64,000 nt of DNA from Thermoanaerobaculaceae bacterium (GTDB taxonomy: Bacteria > Acidobacteriota > Thermoanaerobaculia > Multivoradales > UBA5704): NCBI GenBank assembly GCA_963778565.1, contig CAVZUZ010000010.1, positions 64,065-128,064 of the forward strand, read 5' to 3'. The notes beneath the pieces were generated by a model, which was not told where the DNA came from, searched no databases, and saw only the letters and a program-made list of their open reading frames with translations. The translations under genes and the position numbers were made by a program. The first letter of the stretch is position 1, and each line of letters opens with the position of its first letter. Positions 1-10,678 of the stretch are shown here, in pieces.

Positions 1-279
1 CGCGGTGTCGCAGGTCGGTTCCCCACAGTCTGCCGATCTTCGGCCGAGGCGCCCGCCCGAGGCACCCTTCTGGAGGCGCTCACGTAAATCGGCTTTCCGC
101 CCGGAGGGCAGGATTTGAACAGCCCGGGGTTTCAACCCCGGGTACGCCGCCCATATACCTCCATAAGCCCCGAAGGGCCGGCCTGAGCGTCCAGGCCTTG
201 CCATCGCCCCCGCGCGGGTAAGATCATGGGTGGCGGCTCTCCGGTCCGGCGAGAGCCGCGGCATCAAGGAGGTACCCCC

Positions 280-1923
280 ATGAAACAGCACACGCTCATC
301 GTTTTCACCGTCACCTGCTGGCTGGCCGCCTTTCCGGCGGCCGCTCAGGAGGACCACTCTCACCATCTCGCCGAGGCGGAGGTCCTGGGCAGCGTCCAGT
401 TCCCGGTGACCTGCAAGCCCGAGGTCCAGCCCGCCTTCAACCGGGCCATGGCCCTCCTGCACTCGTTCGGCTATGAGCTGGCGCGCAGCGCCTTTGCCGG
501 AGTGGCGGAGCAGGACCCGGCGTGCGGCATGGCCCGCTGGGGCGTCGCCATGACCTACTACCATCCGATCTGGGCGCCGCCCACGCCCGCGGAGCTCGCC
601 GCGGGGCGCGCCGCCGCCGAGGAGGCGGCCCGATTGGGAGCCCGGAGCGAACGGGAGAAGGGCTACATCGCGGCCATCGGCGCGTTCTATCGCGACTCCG
701 ACAAGCTCGATCACCGTACCCGCGCCCTGGCCTACAAGGCCGCCATGGAGAAGCTCGCCGCGGACTTTCCCGACGATGACGAAACCGCCATCTTCCACGC
801 CCTGGCCCTCCTCGGCACGGCGCCGCCCACGGACACGACCTACGCCAACCAGAAGCAGGCGGCGCAGATCCTGAACCCGCTGCTGCCGAAGCATCCCGAC
901 CATCCGGGCATCCTCCATTACGTCATCCACGCTTTCGACTACCCGGAGCTCGCGCAGCTCGCCCTGCCGGCGGCGCGGGCCTACTCCAAGGTCGCGGCCT
1001 CCTCGCCGCACGCCCTCCACATGCCGTCGCACATCTTCACCCGGCTCGGTTTGTGGGAGGAGTCGATCGCCTCCAATCTGGCCTCCGCCGCGGCGGCCAA
1101 GAAGCAGGTGGCGCAGACCCATCCCGGCGCCACCTCCTTCGACGACCTCCACGCGCTCGACTACCTGGAGTACGCCTACCTCCAGCTCGGGGACGACCGC
1201 AAGGCCCGGGAGGTGCTGGAGGTGGTGGCGAAGGCGTCGCGCTTCGACGAAGCGAACTTCGCCGCCGGCTATGCCCTGGTGGCGGTGCCGGCGCGTTACG
1301 CGCTGGAGCGGCGGGACTGGCGCGCCGCGGCGGCGCTCGCCGCGCCGGCGGTGGAGATGCCGTGGGAACGCTTTTCCTACACCAAGGGGATCACCTCGTT
1401 CGCCGGCGTTCTGGGGGCTGCCCGCCTGGGCGACCTCGACCGCGCGCGGAAGGGGCTGGCCGAGCTCGAGGCGCTCCATGCCGCGCTGGCCAAGCAACCG
1501 CCCGCGGGACCTTACGACTGGGCGGCCAACGTCGAGGCGATGCACCTCGCCGCCGCCGGCTGGGTGGCGTTCGCCGAGGGCCGCAAGGAGGAGGCCGTCA
1601 AGCTCCTGACCGCCGCGGCGGACAAGGAGGATGCGGTCGGCAAGCATCCGGTCACTCCGGGGCCGGTGCTGCCGGCGCGCGAGCAGCTCGGCGACCTGCT
1701 GCTCGAGCTCGGCAAGCCGCGGGAGGCCCTCGCGGCGTACGAGACCGCTCTCGCCGGCGCGCCGAAGCGGTTCAACGGCCTCGCCGGCGCGGCCCGGGCC
1801 GCCGAGCAGGCCGGCGAACACGCCCGCGCCAGCGGCTTTTACAAGGAGCTTCTCGCCCTTTGCGGTCCATCGTGCGAGCGCCCGGAAGCGCGGCGGGCCA
1901 AGGCCGCCGTGAGCGGGCGCTGA
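280..1923 (+). CDS. Secreted TPR-like helical-repeat protein, function unknown
   Basis: Long ORF (track 226..1923). ATG at 280 is preceded by AAGGAGG at 266-272. Signal-like N-terminus MKQHTLIVFTVTCWLAAFPAAAQ. The Ala/Leu-rich C-terminal half looks like TPR repeats. No specific family recognised. Confidence 0.6.
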   Translation: MKQHTLIVFTVTCWLAAFPAAAQEDHSHHLAEAEVLGSVQFPVTCKPEVQPAFNRAMALLHSFGYELARSAFAGVAEQDPACGMARWGVAMTYYHPIWAPPTPAELAAGRAAAEEAARLGARSEREKGYIAAIGAFYRDSDKLDHRTRALAYKAAMEKLAADFPDDDETAIFHALALLGTAPPTDTTYANQKQAAQILNPLLPKHPDHPGILHYVIHAFDYPELAQLALPAARAYSKVAASSPHALHMPSHIFTRLGLWEESIASNLASAAAAKKQVAQTHPGATSFDDLHALDYLEYAYLQLGDDRKAREVLEVVAKASRFDEANFAAGYALVAVPARYALERRDWRAAAALAAPAVEMPWERFSYTKGITSFAGVLGAARLGDLDRARKGLAELEALHAALAKQPPAGPYDWAANVEAMHLAAAGWVAFAEGRKEEAVKLLTAAADKEDAVGKHPVTPGPVLPAREQLGDLLLELGKPREALAAYETALAGAPKRFNGLAGAARAAEQAGEHARASGFYKELLALCGPSCERPEARRAKAAVSGR

Positions 1924-1947
1924 GCTAGACGCGGACGGTTCGCTCGC

Positions 1948-2769
1948 TCAGGGCCGGCCCCAGAGATCCTTCTCGGGCTTCGGGGCCGCCGGCCTGCGGC
2001 GGTCCCGGGAGAGCACGTCGTTGACCTCCGCCAGCGTGGCGGCGAGGGCGGCGTTCTGCGCCTCCGCGAGCTCGCGGATTCCCTTGAAGGCGAGGTCCAC
2101 GAGCGCGTCCATCTCCTCGCGCCGGAAGCTCCTCTTCTCGCCGGTCCCCTGAATCTCGATCAGGCAGCCGCCGGGGGTCGCCACCACGTTCATGTCCACC
2201 TCGGCCACCTGGTCCTCGACGTATTCGAGATCCAGCAGGGGGGTTCCGCGCAGCACTCCCACCGAGACCGCGGCGACCTGGTCGCGGATGGGCCAGGCCG
2301 AGATCTCACGGGTCAGCAGCAGGCGGCCGAGAGCTAGCACCGCGGCCACGTAGGCGCCGGTGACAGCCGCTGTGCGGGTGCCGCCGTCGGCCTGGAGCAC
2401 GTCGCAGTCCAGGGTGAGCGTGCGCTCGGGCAGGGCCGCGAGATCCACCGCCGCGCGCAGGCTGCGGCCGATCAGGCGCTGGATCTCGGCCGTCCTCCCC
2501 GAGGGTTTCCCCTGGTTCACCTCGCGCGTCGAGCGGGTGTGAGTGGCGCGGGGGAGCATCGAGTACTCGGCGGTGAGCCAGCCTTCGCCGCTCTCCTTCT
2601 TGAAGGGGGGCACCCGGTTCTCGACGCTCGCCGCCACCAGGACGCGGGTGTCACCCAGCTCGATCAACGCCGAGCCTTCGGCGAACTTGAGGACGCCGGT
2701 TTCGATGCGCAGCGGGCGGAGGGCATCGGCGGCGCGGCCGTCGGGCCGCAGGGCGGTGGTGGTCACCAT
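1948..2769 (-). CDS. rph: Ribonuclease PH
   Basis: The translation carries RNase PH hallmarks: [12 protein letters not shown]...[14 protein letters not shown]...ML PRATHTR...[16 protein letters not shown]...[22 protein letters not shown]. Confidence 0.9.
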   Translation of the reverse strand: MVTTTALRPDGRAADALRPLRIETGVLKFAEGSALIELGDTRVLVAASVENRVPPFKKESGEGWLTAEYSMLPRATHTRSTREVNQGKPSGRTAEIQRLIGRSLRAAVDLAALPERTLTLDCDVLQADGGTRTAAVTGAYVAAVLALGRLLLTREISAWPIRDQVAAVSVGVLRGTPLLDLEYVEDQVAEVDMNVVATPGGCLIEIQGTGEKRSFRREEMDALVDLAFKGIRELAEAQNAALAATLAEVNDVLSRDRRRPAAPKPEKDLWGRP

Positions 2770-2899
2770 GCGAGCATTCTAGTTCCTTTCCATTCATCCG
2801 GACGGCGGGGCGTCGCGTAGAGCCAATTGAAAGAGACGAAAGACCCGGATGGGCTCTGTGAGACTCCGACGACAAACCATTCAGAAAAGGAGAAACCGA

Positions 2900-4468
2900 A
2901 TGACTAGGAAGAGACCGCTCGTTTGGACCGCGCTCGCGACCGTGGCGATTCCCGCGATCACCGCGATTGCCGCGACGCTCGCTTGGGCACCGCCCGCCGC
3001 CGCCTCCAGCCACCGCGAGGCTCTCGCGGTCCTCAACGAGCCCTGCGCCGACAACACCGACACCTACGCCTGGGTGAAGCCCGGTACCCACGATAAGCTC
3101 TACCTGATCATGAACTTCAACCCGCTCCACGAGCCGGGCCAGGGCAACCAGGGCTTCCGCGCCTGCAACGGCTACCGCTACGAGTTCCACATCGGGATGG
3201 GAGCGAGCCTCAAGGACAGGGCGATCTACCGCATCGAGTTCAGCAACCGGCTGACGCCCGAGGCGGCCCCGAGTGCGGGCGACCCGCTGGGCGGCGGCAA
3301 CGAGATCCTCTGGCAGCTCACCGGCGGCACCGAGACCATGACCGTGAGGCGGCTCTTCGCGCCGGTAAGTCCGAGCGCCGTGACCTTGGGCAACAACCTG
3401 CCGGTGCTGCCCAACAACCACGGTCCCCAGACCGACCGGCTGGTCTACGGGCTCGACGCCTTTGCGCCCTACAGCAGCGGCGATCCCAGCAGCCGCGAGG
3501 ACGCTCTCTACGACCAGGCCTTCGTCGACGGGTTCATTCACACCCTCGCGAACGGCGGGCGGATCATCGCCGGCCAGTTCGACGATCCCTATCAACTCGA
3601 CGAAAAGGGCATCTTTGACCTTGTCAACCTGGCCGCGGGCGACCTCGCCGGCATCCCTGGCGCGCGCCGGGACCCGGCGGAGGACGTCTTCACCGGCTTC
3701 AACGTCTTCTCGATCGCCCTCGAGGTCCCGATCACCGATCTCTTCCCCGGGGGCATCCCCCACAACAACGAGCTCAGGGCTAACTCGACGGACAGTCTGC
3801 TGCGGATCTGGTCCAGCATCTCGCGGCGGGAGACGCAGACCGTCGATCCCACCAACATCATCACCGGTCTCAAGGCCTCCGGGAAGTTCGTCCAGGTGGG
3901 TCGCAACGCCCTCCCGCTCTTCAACGCCGGCCTCGTCGGCACGCAGCGTCATACCAAGTACTTGCGCAGCACCCCGCTGACCGACGTGAGCAACTTCGGG
4001 GCGGACATCCTCTTCCCGGTGCTGGTGCGCGACGCCGAGGCGCTCGGCATCTACGGGGCGCTGGGGGTTCCCGCCGCCACCGTCGCAACTCTCAAGGGTC
4101 CTCGCGCCGACATCATCGCCGCCGTCAACCTGGGCCGCCCGATTCCCATTGCCGATGGCTTCACGGGTGACGTCATCACGCTCGATGCCGCCCTCGACTC
4201 GAGCTTCCCCAACGGCCGCCGCCTCGGCGGCGGGCCGACGGCGAGCTCCCATCAGGTCAACGTGAACACCGTGGTACTGAGCCTGGTCGCCGCCGGCAGC
4301 CCGACCGCCGGGCTCTTTCGGGGCGTTGAGGTCAATGACAAGGACTTCCTCTCGCGGTTCCCGTTCCTCGCTCCTGCCCATAACGGCGTCTTCCAGGGCC
4401 ACGGTGGCATCAACACGCCGACCGTGCCCGACATCCCGGACCCCGCCGGTCCGCTGCCGTGCCAGTAA
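2900..4468 (+). CDS. DUF4331 family secreted protein
   Basis: ATG at 2900 is preceded by AAAAGGAG. A signal peptide is followed by the SSHREA...DNTDTYAW motif typical of the start of DUF4331. Coding-like composition throughout. Confidence 0.75.
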   Translation: MTRKRPLVWTALATVAIPAITAIAATLAWAPPAAASSHREALAVLNEPCADNTDTYAWVKPGTHDKLYLIMNFNPLHEPGQGNQGFRACNGYRYEFHIGMGASLKDRAIYRIEFSNRLTPEAAPSAGDPLGGGNEILWQLTGGTETMTVRRLFAPVSPSAVTLGNNLPVLPNNHGPQTDRLVYGLDAFAPYSSGDPSSREDALYDQAFVDGFIHTLANGGRIIAGQFDDPYQLDEKGIFDLVNLAAGDLAGIPGARRDPAEDVFTGFNVFSIALEVPITDLFPGGIPHNNELRANSTDSLLRIWSSISRRETQTVDPTNIITGLKASGKFVQVGRNALPLFNAGLVGTQRHTKYLRSTPLTDVSNFGADILFPVLVRDAEALGIYGALGVPAATVATLKGPRADIIAAVNLGRPIPIADGFTGDVITLDAALDSSFPNGRRLGGGPTASSHQVNVNTVVLSLVAAGSPTAGLFRGVEVNDKDFLSRFPFLAPAHNGVFQGHGGINTPTVPDIPDPAGPLPCQ

Positions 4469-4535
4469 CCGAGACACAGGGGGCTCCCGCTTGCGGGGGC
4501 CCCTGAGCTTCGCATGAATATGGAGCACTAGAAAG

Positions 4536-5348
4536 ATGCGTACCGCCGGACCTTTTCTCTTCGCCGCGCTGCTCGGTTTGGTGAGTGCCGCGCTCCGGGC
4601 GCACGACTTCTGGATCGAGCCGTCGACGTTCACTCCGGCCGCCGGCCAGCGGGTGGCCCTCCGCCTGCGGGTCGGGCAGGAGCTGCGGGGAGATCCGGTG
4701 CCCCGCGATCCAAGTCTCCTCGCGCGGTTCGTGGCGGCGGGTCCCGCCGGCGACACACCCATATTGGGGCGGGCCTTCAGCGAGCCGGCCGGATTCCTGT
4801 CCGCCGCGATCTCCGGTCTTTACGTCGTCGCCTACGACAGCCGGCGGTCGCCCCTCGAGAGCGACGCCGTGAAGTTCGAGAAGTATCTGGCGGAGGAAGG
4901 GCTGGAGAAGATCAGCGCTCTGCGCGCCCGCCGGAAACAGAGCGGCGCCGCCGTGAAGGAGGTCTTCTCGCGATGCGCCAAGTCGCTGATACCGATGGGA
5001 GGGGGCGCCGGCCAGGGCTTCGATCGGGTTCTGGGTCAGCGGCTGGAGCTGGTGCCGGAGGCGAACCCCTACGCGTTCGCCCCCGGCGGGAACGGCGGAG
5101 AGCTGCCGGTTCGCCTGCTCTATGAAGGCAAACCGCTCGCCGGTACTCTGGTGGTGGCGATGCCGAGAGACCGGCCCGCGGCGAAGGTGTCGGCCCGCTC
5201 GGACGCGCAGGGACGCGTCCGCCTGAAGCTGGACGGCGCGGGCTTCTGGCTGGTCAAGGCGGTACACATGATTTCCGCGCCCAAGGACTCCGGCGCCGAA
5301 TGGGAGAGCTTCTGGGCGTCGTTGACCTTCGAGATCCCGGGCCGGTAG
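4536..5348 (+). CDS. DUF4198 domain protein (periplasmic metal-uptake-associated family)
   Basis: Signal peptide, then AHDFWIEPS, the usual mature N-terminus of DUF4198 proteins. Lies directly downstream of the DUF4331 gene. Confidence 0.7.
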   Translation: MRTAGPFLFAALLGLVSAALRAHDFWIEPSTFTPAAGQRVALRLRVGQELRGDPVPRDPSLLARFVAAGPAGDTPILGRAFSEPAGFLSAAISGLYVVAYDSRRSPLESDAVKFEKYLAEEGLEKISALRARRKQSGAAVKEVFSRCAKSLIPMGGGAGQGFDRVLGQRLELVPEANPYAFAPGGNGGELPVRLLYEGKPLAGTLVVAMPRDRPAAKVSARSDAQGRVRLKLDGAGFWLVKAVHMISAPKDSGAEWESFWASLTFEIPGR

Positions 5349-5361
5349 CCTCCTGTGGATT

Positions 5362-5916
5362 ATGGATGAGCGGGAGCTGGAGGATCGTGAGCTCATGAGC
5401 CGGGTGGCCGCCCGGGACGGCGCGGCGTTCACGCGTTTGTTCGAGCTGCACGCGCCCGTGGCGCTGGGGCTGCTGAACCGCATTCTCGGCGGGCGCACCG
5501 AGGCGGAAGAGGTGCTGCAGGAGGTCTTCCTGCAGATCTGGATGCAGGCGGACCGCTACGACGTGGCCCGCTCCGCTCCCCGCGGCTGGATCCTCATGCT
5601 GGCCCGCTCGCGCGCCCTCGACCGCCGCCGCCGGCGGGATTCGGCGCGCCGCCGCGAGGAGATCGCCGGCGAAGAGGCCGGCGGGGAGGCGATCTTTCCG
5701 CTCGGGACCGAACGGCTGGAATCCCTCGAGCGCCGGCGCCAGGTCGATCTGGCCCTCGGGATCCTCACACCCGATCAGCGCCGCTGCATCGAGCTCGCTT
5801 TTTTCGAAGGGCTCACCCATACGCAGATCGCCGAGCGCCTGGAAGCGCCGCTCGGCACCGTCAAATCCCGCATCCTGCTGGGGATGAACAAGCTCCGGCA
5901 GGCCCTGACCGTCTGA
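5362..5916 (+). CDS. ECF-type RNA polymerase sigma-70 family factor
   Basis: Region 2 and region 4 motifs are present: FTRLFELHAP...EVLQEVFLQIW...; LTPDQRRCIELAFFEGLTHTQIAERLEAPLGTVKSRI. Confidence 0.85.
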   Translation: MDERELEDRELMSRVAARDGAAFTRLFELHAPVALGLLNRILGGRTEAEEVLQEVFLQIWMQADRYDVARSAPRGWILMLARSRALDRRRRRDSARRREEIAGEEAGGEAIFPLGTERLESLERRRQVDLALGILTPDQRRCIELAFFEGLTHTQIAERLEAPLGTVKSRILLGMNKLRQALTV

Positions 5917-5942
5917 AGCGGCCGGAGGACAAGGCGATCGAC

Positions 5943-6746
5943 ATGGCCAATCCGCACTCCGCCCGCATCGAGGAGCTCCTGCCCGCCTATGCTCTCGGCG
6001 CGTTGGACGGCGACGATCTCCGCGAGCTCGAGGCGCACCTGGACGTGGGCTGCGCCGAGTGCCGGCGCCAGCTCGACCTCTGGGGACGGGACCTCGAAGC
6101 CATCGCGGCTTCGGTGCCGCCGCTGCCGCCCTCGGACACGACCCGGGCCCGCGTCCTGCGGCTGGCGGAAGGGGCGGCGCAGGCTCCCCGGCGGTTGCCG
6201 CGCCCATCGCGCCTGCCGCGATTATTGCCCTTCGCCGCTGCCGCGCTCCTGCTGCTGGGCGTCTGGGGAGCGGCCGGCCAGCTCCGGATGCGGGATGACC
6301 TGCGGCGGCTCACGGCCGAGCGGGACCGCCTGGCGCTGCGGGTCGCCGCCCTGGACCGCGAGGTGGGCCTCGCGCGGGCGGAAGCGCGGCAGGCGGCGCA
6401 GGCGCTGCAGATCCTTGCCGCGCCGAGCGTCCGATCGGTCGTCCTGGCGGGCCTGGGATCGACCCCGGGAGCCGCCGGCCACACCTACGTCAATCCGCAG
6501 ACGCGGGACGCCCTGTTCTACGCCTTCAATTTGCCGCGCCTCGCCGAGGACAAGACCTATCAGCTCTGGTTCATCGCCGAAGGCAAGCCGGTCTCCGCGG
6601 GCACCTTCGCGGTGAACGAGCGCGGCACGGGCCAGCTGCGGGTGGAGCACGTGGTCGCGGTCGAGGACATCCAGGCCTGGGCGGTGACCGTCGAGCCGCG
6701 GGGCGGAGTGCCGCAGCCGACGGGGGAAATGGTGCTGAAGGGGTAG
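5943..6746 (+). CDS. Anti-sigma factor (zf-HC2 N-terminus, single TM segment, RskA-like C-terminal domain)
   Basis: HLDVGCAECRRQL zinc-finger motif, a central hydrophobic segment, and the C-terminal block YQLWFIAEGKPVSAGTF...AVTVEP typical of RskA-like domains. Lies directly downstream of the ECF sigma gene. Confidence 0.75.
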   Translation: MANPHSARIEELLPAYALGALDGDDLRELEAHLDVGCAECRRQLDLWGRDLEAIAASVPPLPPSDTTRARVLRLAEGAAQAPRRLPRPSRLPRLLPFAAAALLLLGVWGAAGQLRMRDDLRRLTAERDRLALRVAALDREVGLARAEARQAAQALQILAAPSVRSVVLAGLGSTPGAAGHTYVNPQTRDALFYAFNLPRLAEDKTYQLWFIAEGKPVSAGTFAVNERGTGQLRVEHVVAVEDIQAWAVTVEPRGGVPQPTGEMVLKG

Positions 6747-6796
6747 GGGAGCCGATCCCGCTGTCTTCGATAGCTCCAGCGTTGCCGCGCCGCCCG

Positions 6797-7024
6797 GCCC
6801 CTCACCTCCCCGGCCCTCCTCTCCCACCTCACGCCCGCCCTTCCGGGAGAGATCCTCATGCCGCTTCGCGGCACCACAAAATGGGGTGAAAATGAGCCGC
6901 AAGGGCGGCTATTTTCAGAACAGGAGGGGGCTAGAAAAACAGCTTCCTCTTGTTGCTCTCCCTCTTCTCCCGGCGGGTGGGCGGGAGGCTGGGAGAAGAG
7001 GGCCGGGGGGATGAGGGCTTCGGC
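6797..7024. repeat. Family-A intergenic palindromic element, long form (copy A1)
   Basis: Left arm GCCCCTCACCTCCCCGGCCCTCCTCTCCCACCTCACGCCCGCCCTTCCGGGAGAGA. The right arm is its imperfect reverse complement (...TCTCCCGGCGGGTGGGCGGGAGGCTGGGAGAAGAGGGCCGGGGGGATGAGGGCTTCGG). The arms are separated by about 100 nt. Related copies lie at 11700, 49603 and 53257. Confidence 0.6.
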
Positions 7025-7085
7025 GGCGCGGATGACGCCTGAGCCTCCAAGGACAGCGGGATCGGCGCCTTTCTCGCGCTTGGCG

Positions 7086-8126
7086 GTGCTACAGTTCCCA
7101 CCGGTGCCCCAGCCGCGCAACCCCCTCGAAGCTCTGCAGGCGCGGGCCGCCGAGGTGCAGCCTCCGGCCACCATCGTGCTCGCCGAAGGCGAGGACCCGC
7201 GAGTGGTTGCCGCGGCCGAGCGCGCCACATCCCTCGGTCTCTGCCAGGCTTTGCTGCTGGGGTCGCCGGCTGCCGTGGAGAGCGCGGCCAGGACAGCCGG
7301 CGTGCTCTTGACGGTGCCAGTCGTCGATCCCGCGACGGCTCCGGACCTCCCCGCATTGACCGAATTCCTTGCAGGGCGGCTCGCCGCCTGCAGCCTCGAT
7401 CCAGCCCTTGCCGACGCTCTCGCCCGCGATCCGCTCCACCATGCCGATCTCTTGGTCGCCACCCGGCGGGCGGAAGGCGCGGTGATGGGCGCGCTCGCGA
7501 CCACCGCCGAAACGTTGCGGGCGGCGCTGCGGACGATCGGTCCCAGGCCCGGCCTGCGGGTCGTCTCCTCCTGCTTCCTGATGGTCCTGCCCGATGGCTG
7601 CGATGGCTGCGATGGCCGCGGGCTGATCTACAGCGACTGCGGCGTCGTACCCGATCCCACCCCCGAAGGGTTGGCCGATATCGCCGAAGCGGCGGCGGCG
7701 AGCTGCCGGGTTCTCCTCGGCGAGGAGCCGCGGGTGGCGCTGCTCTCCTTCTCGACCCTGGGGAGCGCCGGCCATCCCAGAGTCGACAAGGTCCGCGCCG
7801 CGCTGGAAATCCTGCGCCGGCGGCAGGTCGATTTCGAGGTGGACGGGGAGCTGCAGGCGGACGCCGCCCTGGTGCCCGAGGTGGCTCGGCGCAAGGCGCC
7901 GGACAGCGCGGTGGCGGGGCAGGCCAACGTGCTGATCTTTCCCAGTCTGGAGGCGGGAAACATCGCCTACAAGCTCACCGAACGGCTGGCGGGAGCGCGG
8001 GCGATCGGACCCTTGCTGCAGGGGCTCGCCCGGCCGGTCAACGACCTGTCGCGGGGTTGCTGCGTGGAGGATATCGTCGACGTGATCGCGATCACGGCCC
8101 TGGATGCGGCCGGAGCGGAGGCAGGC
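7086..8126 (+). CDS. pta: Phosphate acetyltransferase (short-form Pta). Start uncertain; no in-frame stop before purD.
   Basis: Motifs [16 protein letters not shown], ...[19 protein letters not shown]..., SFST.GSAGHP..., [22 protein letters not shown] at 7086 is a candidate start. The frame runs straight into the purD ATG at 8127. Confidence 0.7.
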
Positions 8127-9418
8127 ATGAAGGTTCTGGTGATCGGCAACGGCGGACGGGAGCACGCCCTGTGCTGGAAGCTGCGGCAGAGCCCGCTGCT
8201 GCACCGAGCTCTACTGCGCTCCGGGCAACCCCGGGATCGCGAGCGTGGCCGACCGGGTGCCGCTGGCGTCGGAGGAGGTGCAGCGGCTGGCGGACTTCGC
8301 GGCCGAGATGAAGATCGACCTGACGGTGGTCGGGCCGGAGCTGCCGCTCACCCTGGGGATCGCCGACGAGTTCGCCAACCGCGGGCTGGCCATCTTCGGC
8401 CCATCGCAACGGGCCGCCGAGATCGAGGGGAGCAAGGTCTTCGCCAAGCAGTTCATGGAGCGGCACGGCATCCCCACGGCCCCGTTCGCCATCGTCCACG
8501 ACGCCGCGTCGGCGCGGGCGGAAGCCCGGCGCTTCGGCTATCCCGTGGTGCTCAAGGCCGACGGCCTCGCCGCCGGCAAGGGTGTGCTCATCGCCGGCGA
8601 CGAGGCCGAGCTCGAAGAGGCGCTCGGCGCCCTGTTCGACGAGCGCCGTTTCGGCACCAGCGCCGACCGCGTGGTCGTCGAAGCCTTTCTCAGCGGCGAC
8701 GAGGTCTCGTTCATGGCGCTGTGCGACGGCGAACGGGTGCTGCCGCTGGCGACGGCTCGGGATTACAAGCGCATCGGCGAGGGCGACACCGGTCCGAACA
8801 CCGGCGGCATGGGCGGCCACAGCCCGTCGGGCGGGCTGTCGGCCGAGGCCGGGGCGGAAGTCGTCGAGACCATCCTGCGGCCCGCGGTCGCCGGCCTCGC
8901 CGCCGAGGGGCGCCCCTTCGTCGGCGTCCTCTACGCCGGGCTCATCCTGACGCCGGAAGGCCCGCGGGTGCTCGAATTCAATGCCCGCTTCGGCGATCCG
9001 GAGGCCCAGGTGCTCATGCTGCGCCTGGAGGACGACCTCCTCGCCGTCCTCGCCGCCGGCGCCGCGGGACGGTTCGACGCCCGCCGGCTCTCCTTCCGCC
9101 GCGAGGTCGCCGCCTGCGTCGTCCTGGCGAGCCCCGGCTACCCCGGGCGGCCGCAGCAGGGAGACATCATCCGCGGGCTCGACCGCGCCGCGTCTTCTGC
9201 CCGGAGTCGAGATCTTCCACGCCGGCACGGGCCTCCTGGAAGGCGAGGTGGTGAGCGCCGGCGGCCGGGTTCTCTCCGTCTGTGCCCTCGCTGCCGATCT
9301 CGCCGGCGCTCTCGACCGAGCCTACGCGGCCGTGGCCGAGATCGACTGGCCGAGCATGGTCTATCGCCGCGACATCGGACGGCGACCGCTCGCCGGATCG
9401 CCTCCCGCGGGATCGTGA
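8127..9418 (+). pseudogene. purD: Phosphoribosylamine-glycine ligase, interrupted by two frameshifts (true pseudogene or assembly indels)
   Basis: [19 protein letters not shown] at the start. The frame is lost near 8205, where [12 protein letters not shown] continues in the next frame. The central ATP-grasp part is intact (track 8245..9429). A second shift near 9190 places the C-terminus (...[10 protein letters not shown]...GGRVLSV...) in track ORF 8981..9418. Confidence 0.85.
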
Positions 9419-9589
9419 TAACGTGCTGAGGCGCTGTTGACGCAGGGACCCGCCGCGGTGAGAATGATCCCAGCGGTCCCGAGCACCGATTCATCTCAGC
9501 GACCTGATCTGCGGAGTGCCGGCGTATCGTGCTGGTACCTTTCCTGCATAGGCTTTCAGGTCGCTGTCGTATATGGAACGGAATTCACC

Positions 9590-10321
9590 ATGGCTGGATG
9601 TAGCGGTTGCGCTTTCAAGGGCATGTCGACGGCCGTCGAGGATGCGTTCGTCGGCGTGCGTTTCCGGGAAGAGACGAATCTGACGCTCTGCTCGACGGCG
9701 GGGCGCATCTACGCGCGGGGCGAGGCGGTGGTGGTGGAGCTGGAGTCGGGGCCGGCCTTCGGGCGCGTCGAGCAGTCTCCCATGCCGGTATTCAAGCCCT
9801 GCCAGAAGTCGAGCGCCCGGCCGATCCTGCGTCCGGCGGACGACGGCGATCTCGCCGCCCACGAACGGCAGGGCCAGAGCGAGATGAGCGGCAAGCTCTT
9901 CGCCCAGGAGCGGTCGCGCGCCCTCAACCTGGATATGAAGATCTCGCTGGTCGAGTTCTCGCTCAACGGCAAGAAGGCGACCTTCTACTTCACCTCCGAG
10001 GGCAGAGTGGACTTCCGGCAGCTGGTGCGCGACCTGGCCAGCCGGTTCTCGGTGCGGGTGAAGATGGTCCAGGTCGGAGCGCGCGACGAGGCCGGGCTGA
10101 TCGGCGGCATCGGCATCTGCGGCCGGACCCTTTGCTGCTCGACGTGGTTGAAGGATTTCCGGCCGATCTCGATCCAGATGGCCAAGCGCCAGAACCTGAG
10201 CCTGAACCCTTCCAAGATCTCCGGCCAGTGCGGCCGCCTCCTCTGCTGCCTGGCCTACGAGGATGAGCACTACAAGACCCGTAACCCGGACAGCCGGTCT
10301 GCGGTATCTGCCACGGCATAG
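9590..10321 (+). CDS. PSP1 domain protein (RicT/YaaT-like)
   Basis: LVEFSLNGKKATFYFTSEGRVDFRQLVRDLASRF..RVKMVQVGARDEA...CGR.LCCSTWL.DF.PISI.MAK.QNLSLNPSKISGQCGRLLCCL.YE are PSP1 C-terminal domain hallmarks. The start is ATG 9590 or 9623. Confidence 0.8.
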   Translation: MAGCSGCAFKGMSTAVEDAFVGVRFREETNLTLCSTAGRIYARGEAVVVELESGPAFGRVEQSPMPVFKPCQKSSARPILRPADDGDLAAHERQGQSEMSGKLFAQERSRALNLDMKISLVEFSLNGKKATFYFTSEGRVDFRQLVRDLASRFSVRVKMVQVGARDEAGLIGGIGICGRTLCCSTWLKDFRPISIQMAKRQNLSLNPSKISGQCGRLLCCLAYEDEHYKTRNPDSRSAVSATA

Positions 10322-10339
10322 CTTTCCAATGGAACCATC

Positions 10340-10678
10340 ATGGCCAACCGCAAACTGATCCGCCCGGACATGAACGAGCTCAAGAAGGAGCTCCCTTCGC
10401 GCAGCCTGCGCCGCAAGCAGTCGCCGCCCGAGCAGACCAATGCCGAGGAGTTCTACTACCTCAAGCAGATGGCGGCGAAGACGCCCATGGTGGTGATCCT
10501 CAACGACGGCGAGGAGCTGCGCGGGTGGATCGAGTGGTATGACAAGGGCGCGATCAAGCTGAACCGGCACTCCGGCCCCAACCTGCTGATCCAGAAGCAC
10601 GTCATCCGCTACATGTTCAAGGAAGAGGAGCTGCGACGGCGGGGCAAGCGGGACGGCGACAGCGAATTCGAGCGGTGA
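10340..10678 (+). CDS. Sm-like (Hfq/LSm-fold) small RNA-binding protein, putative
   Basis: 112 aa. The core [27 protein letters not shown]...[13 protein letters not shown] has an Sm1/Sm2-like beta-strand pattern. It carries a basic N-terminal extension. Its stop overlaps the pdxA GTG start. Confidence 0.5.
   Translation: MANRKLIRPDMNELKKELPSRSLRRKQSPPEQTNAEEFYYLKQMAAKTPMVVILNDGEELRGWIEWYDKGAIKLNRHSGPNLLIQKHVIRYMFKEEELRRRGKRDGDSEFER

Noticed and set aside
1-225. Hairpin-containing sequence (CCCGGGGTTTCAACCCCGGG at about 123-142) upstream of the first gene, possibly another repeat family
   Set aside because: Only one copy lies in the window, with only weak resemblance to 29125-29150. It cannot be supported as a repeat from this sequence alone.
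2651-4762. 703-aa minus-strand ORF
   Set aside because: It is antisense to the DUF4331 and DUF4198 genes. Its Arg/Gly/Pro/Ala-rich composition is typical of shadow ORFs in high-G+C DNA, and no motifs were found.
6858-9254. 798-aa ORF taken as a single protein
   Set aside because: It is a composite: the loop of repeat A1 read as protein, then pta, then the first ~25 codons of purD, then out-of-frame purD sequence (Arg/Gly/Pro-rich).
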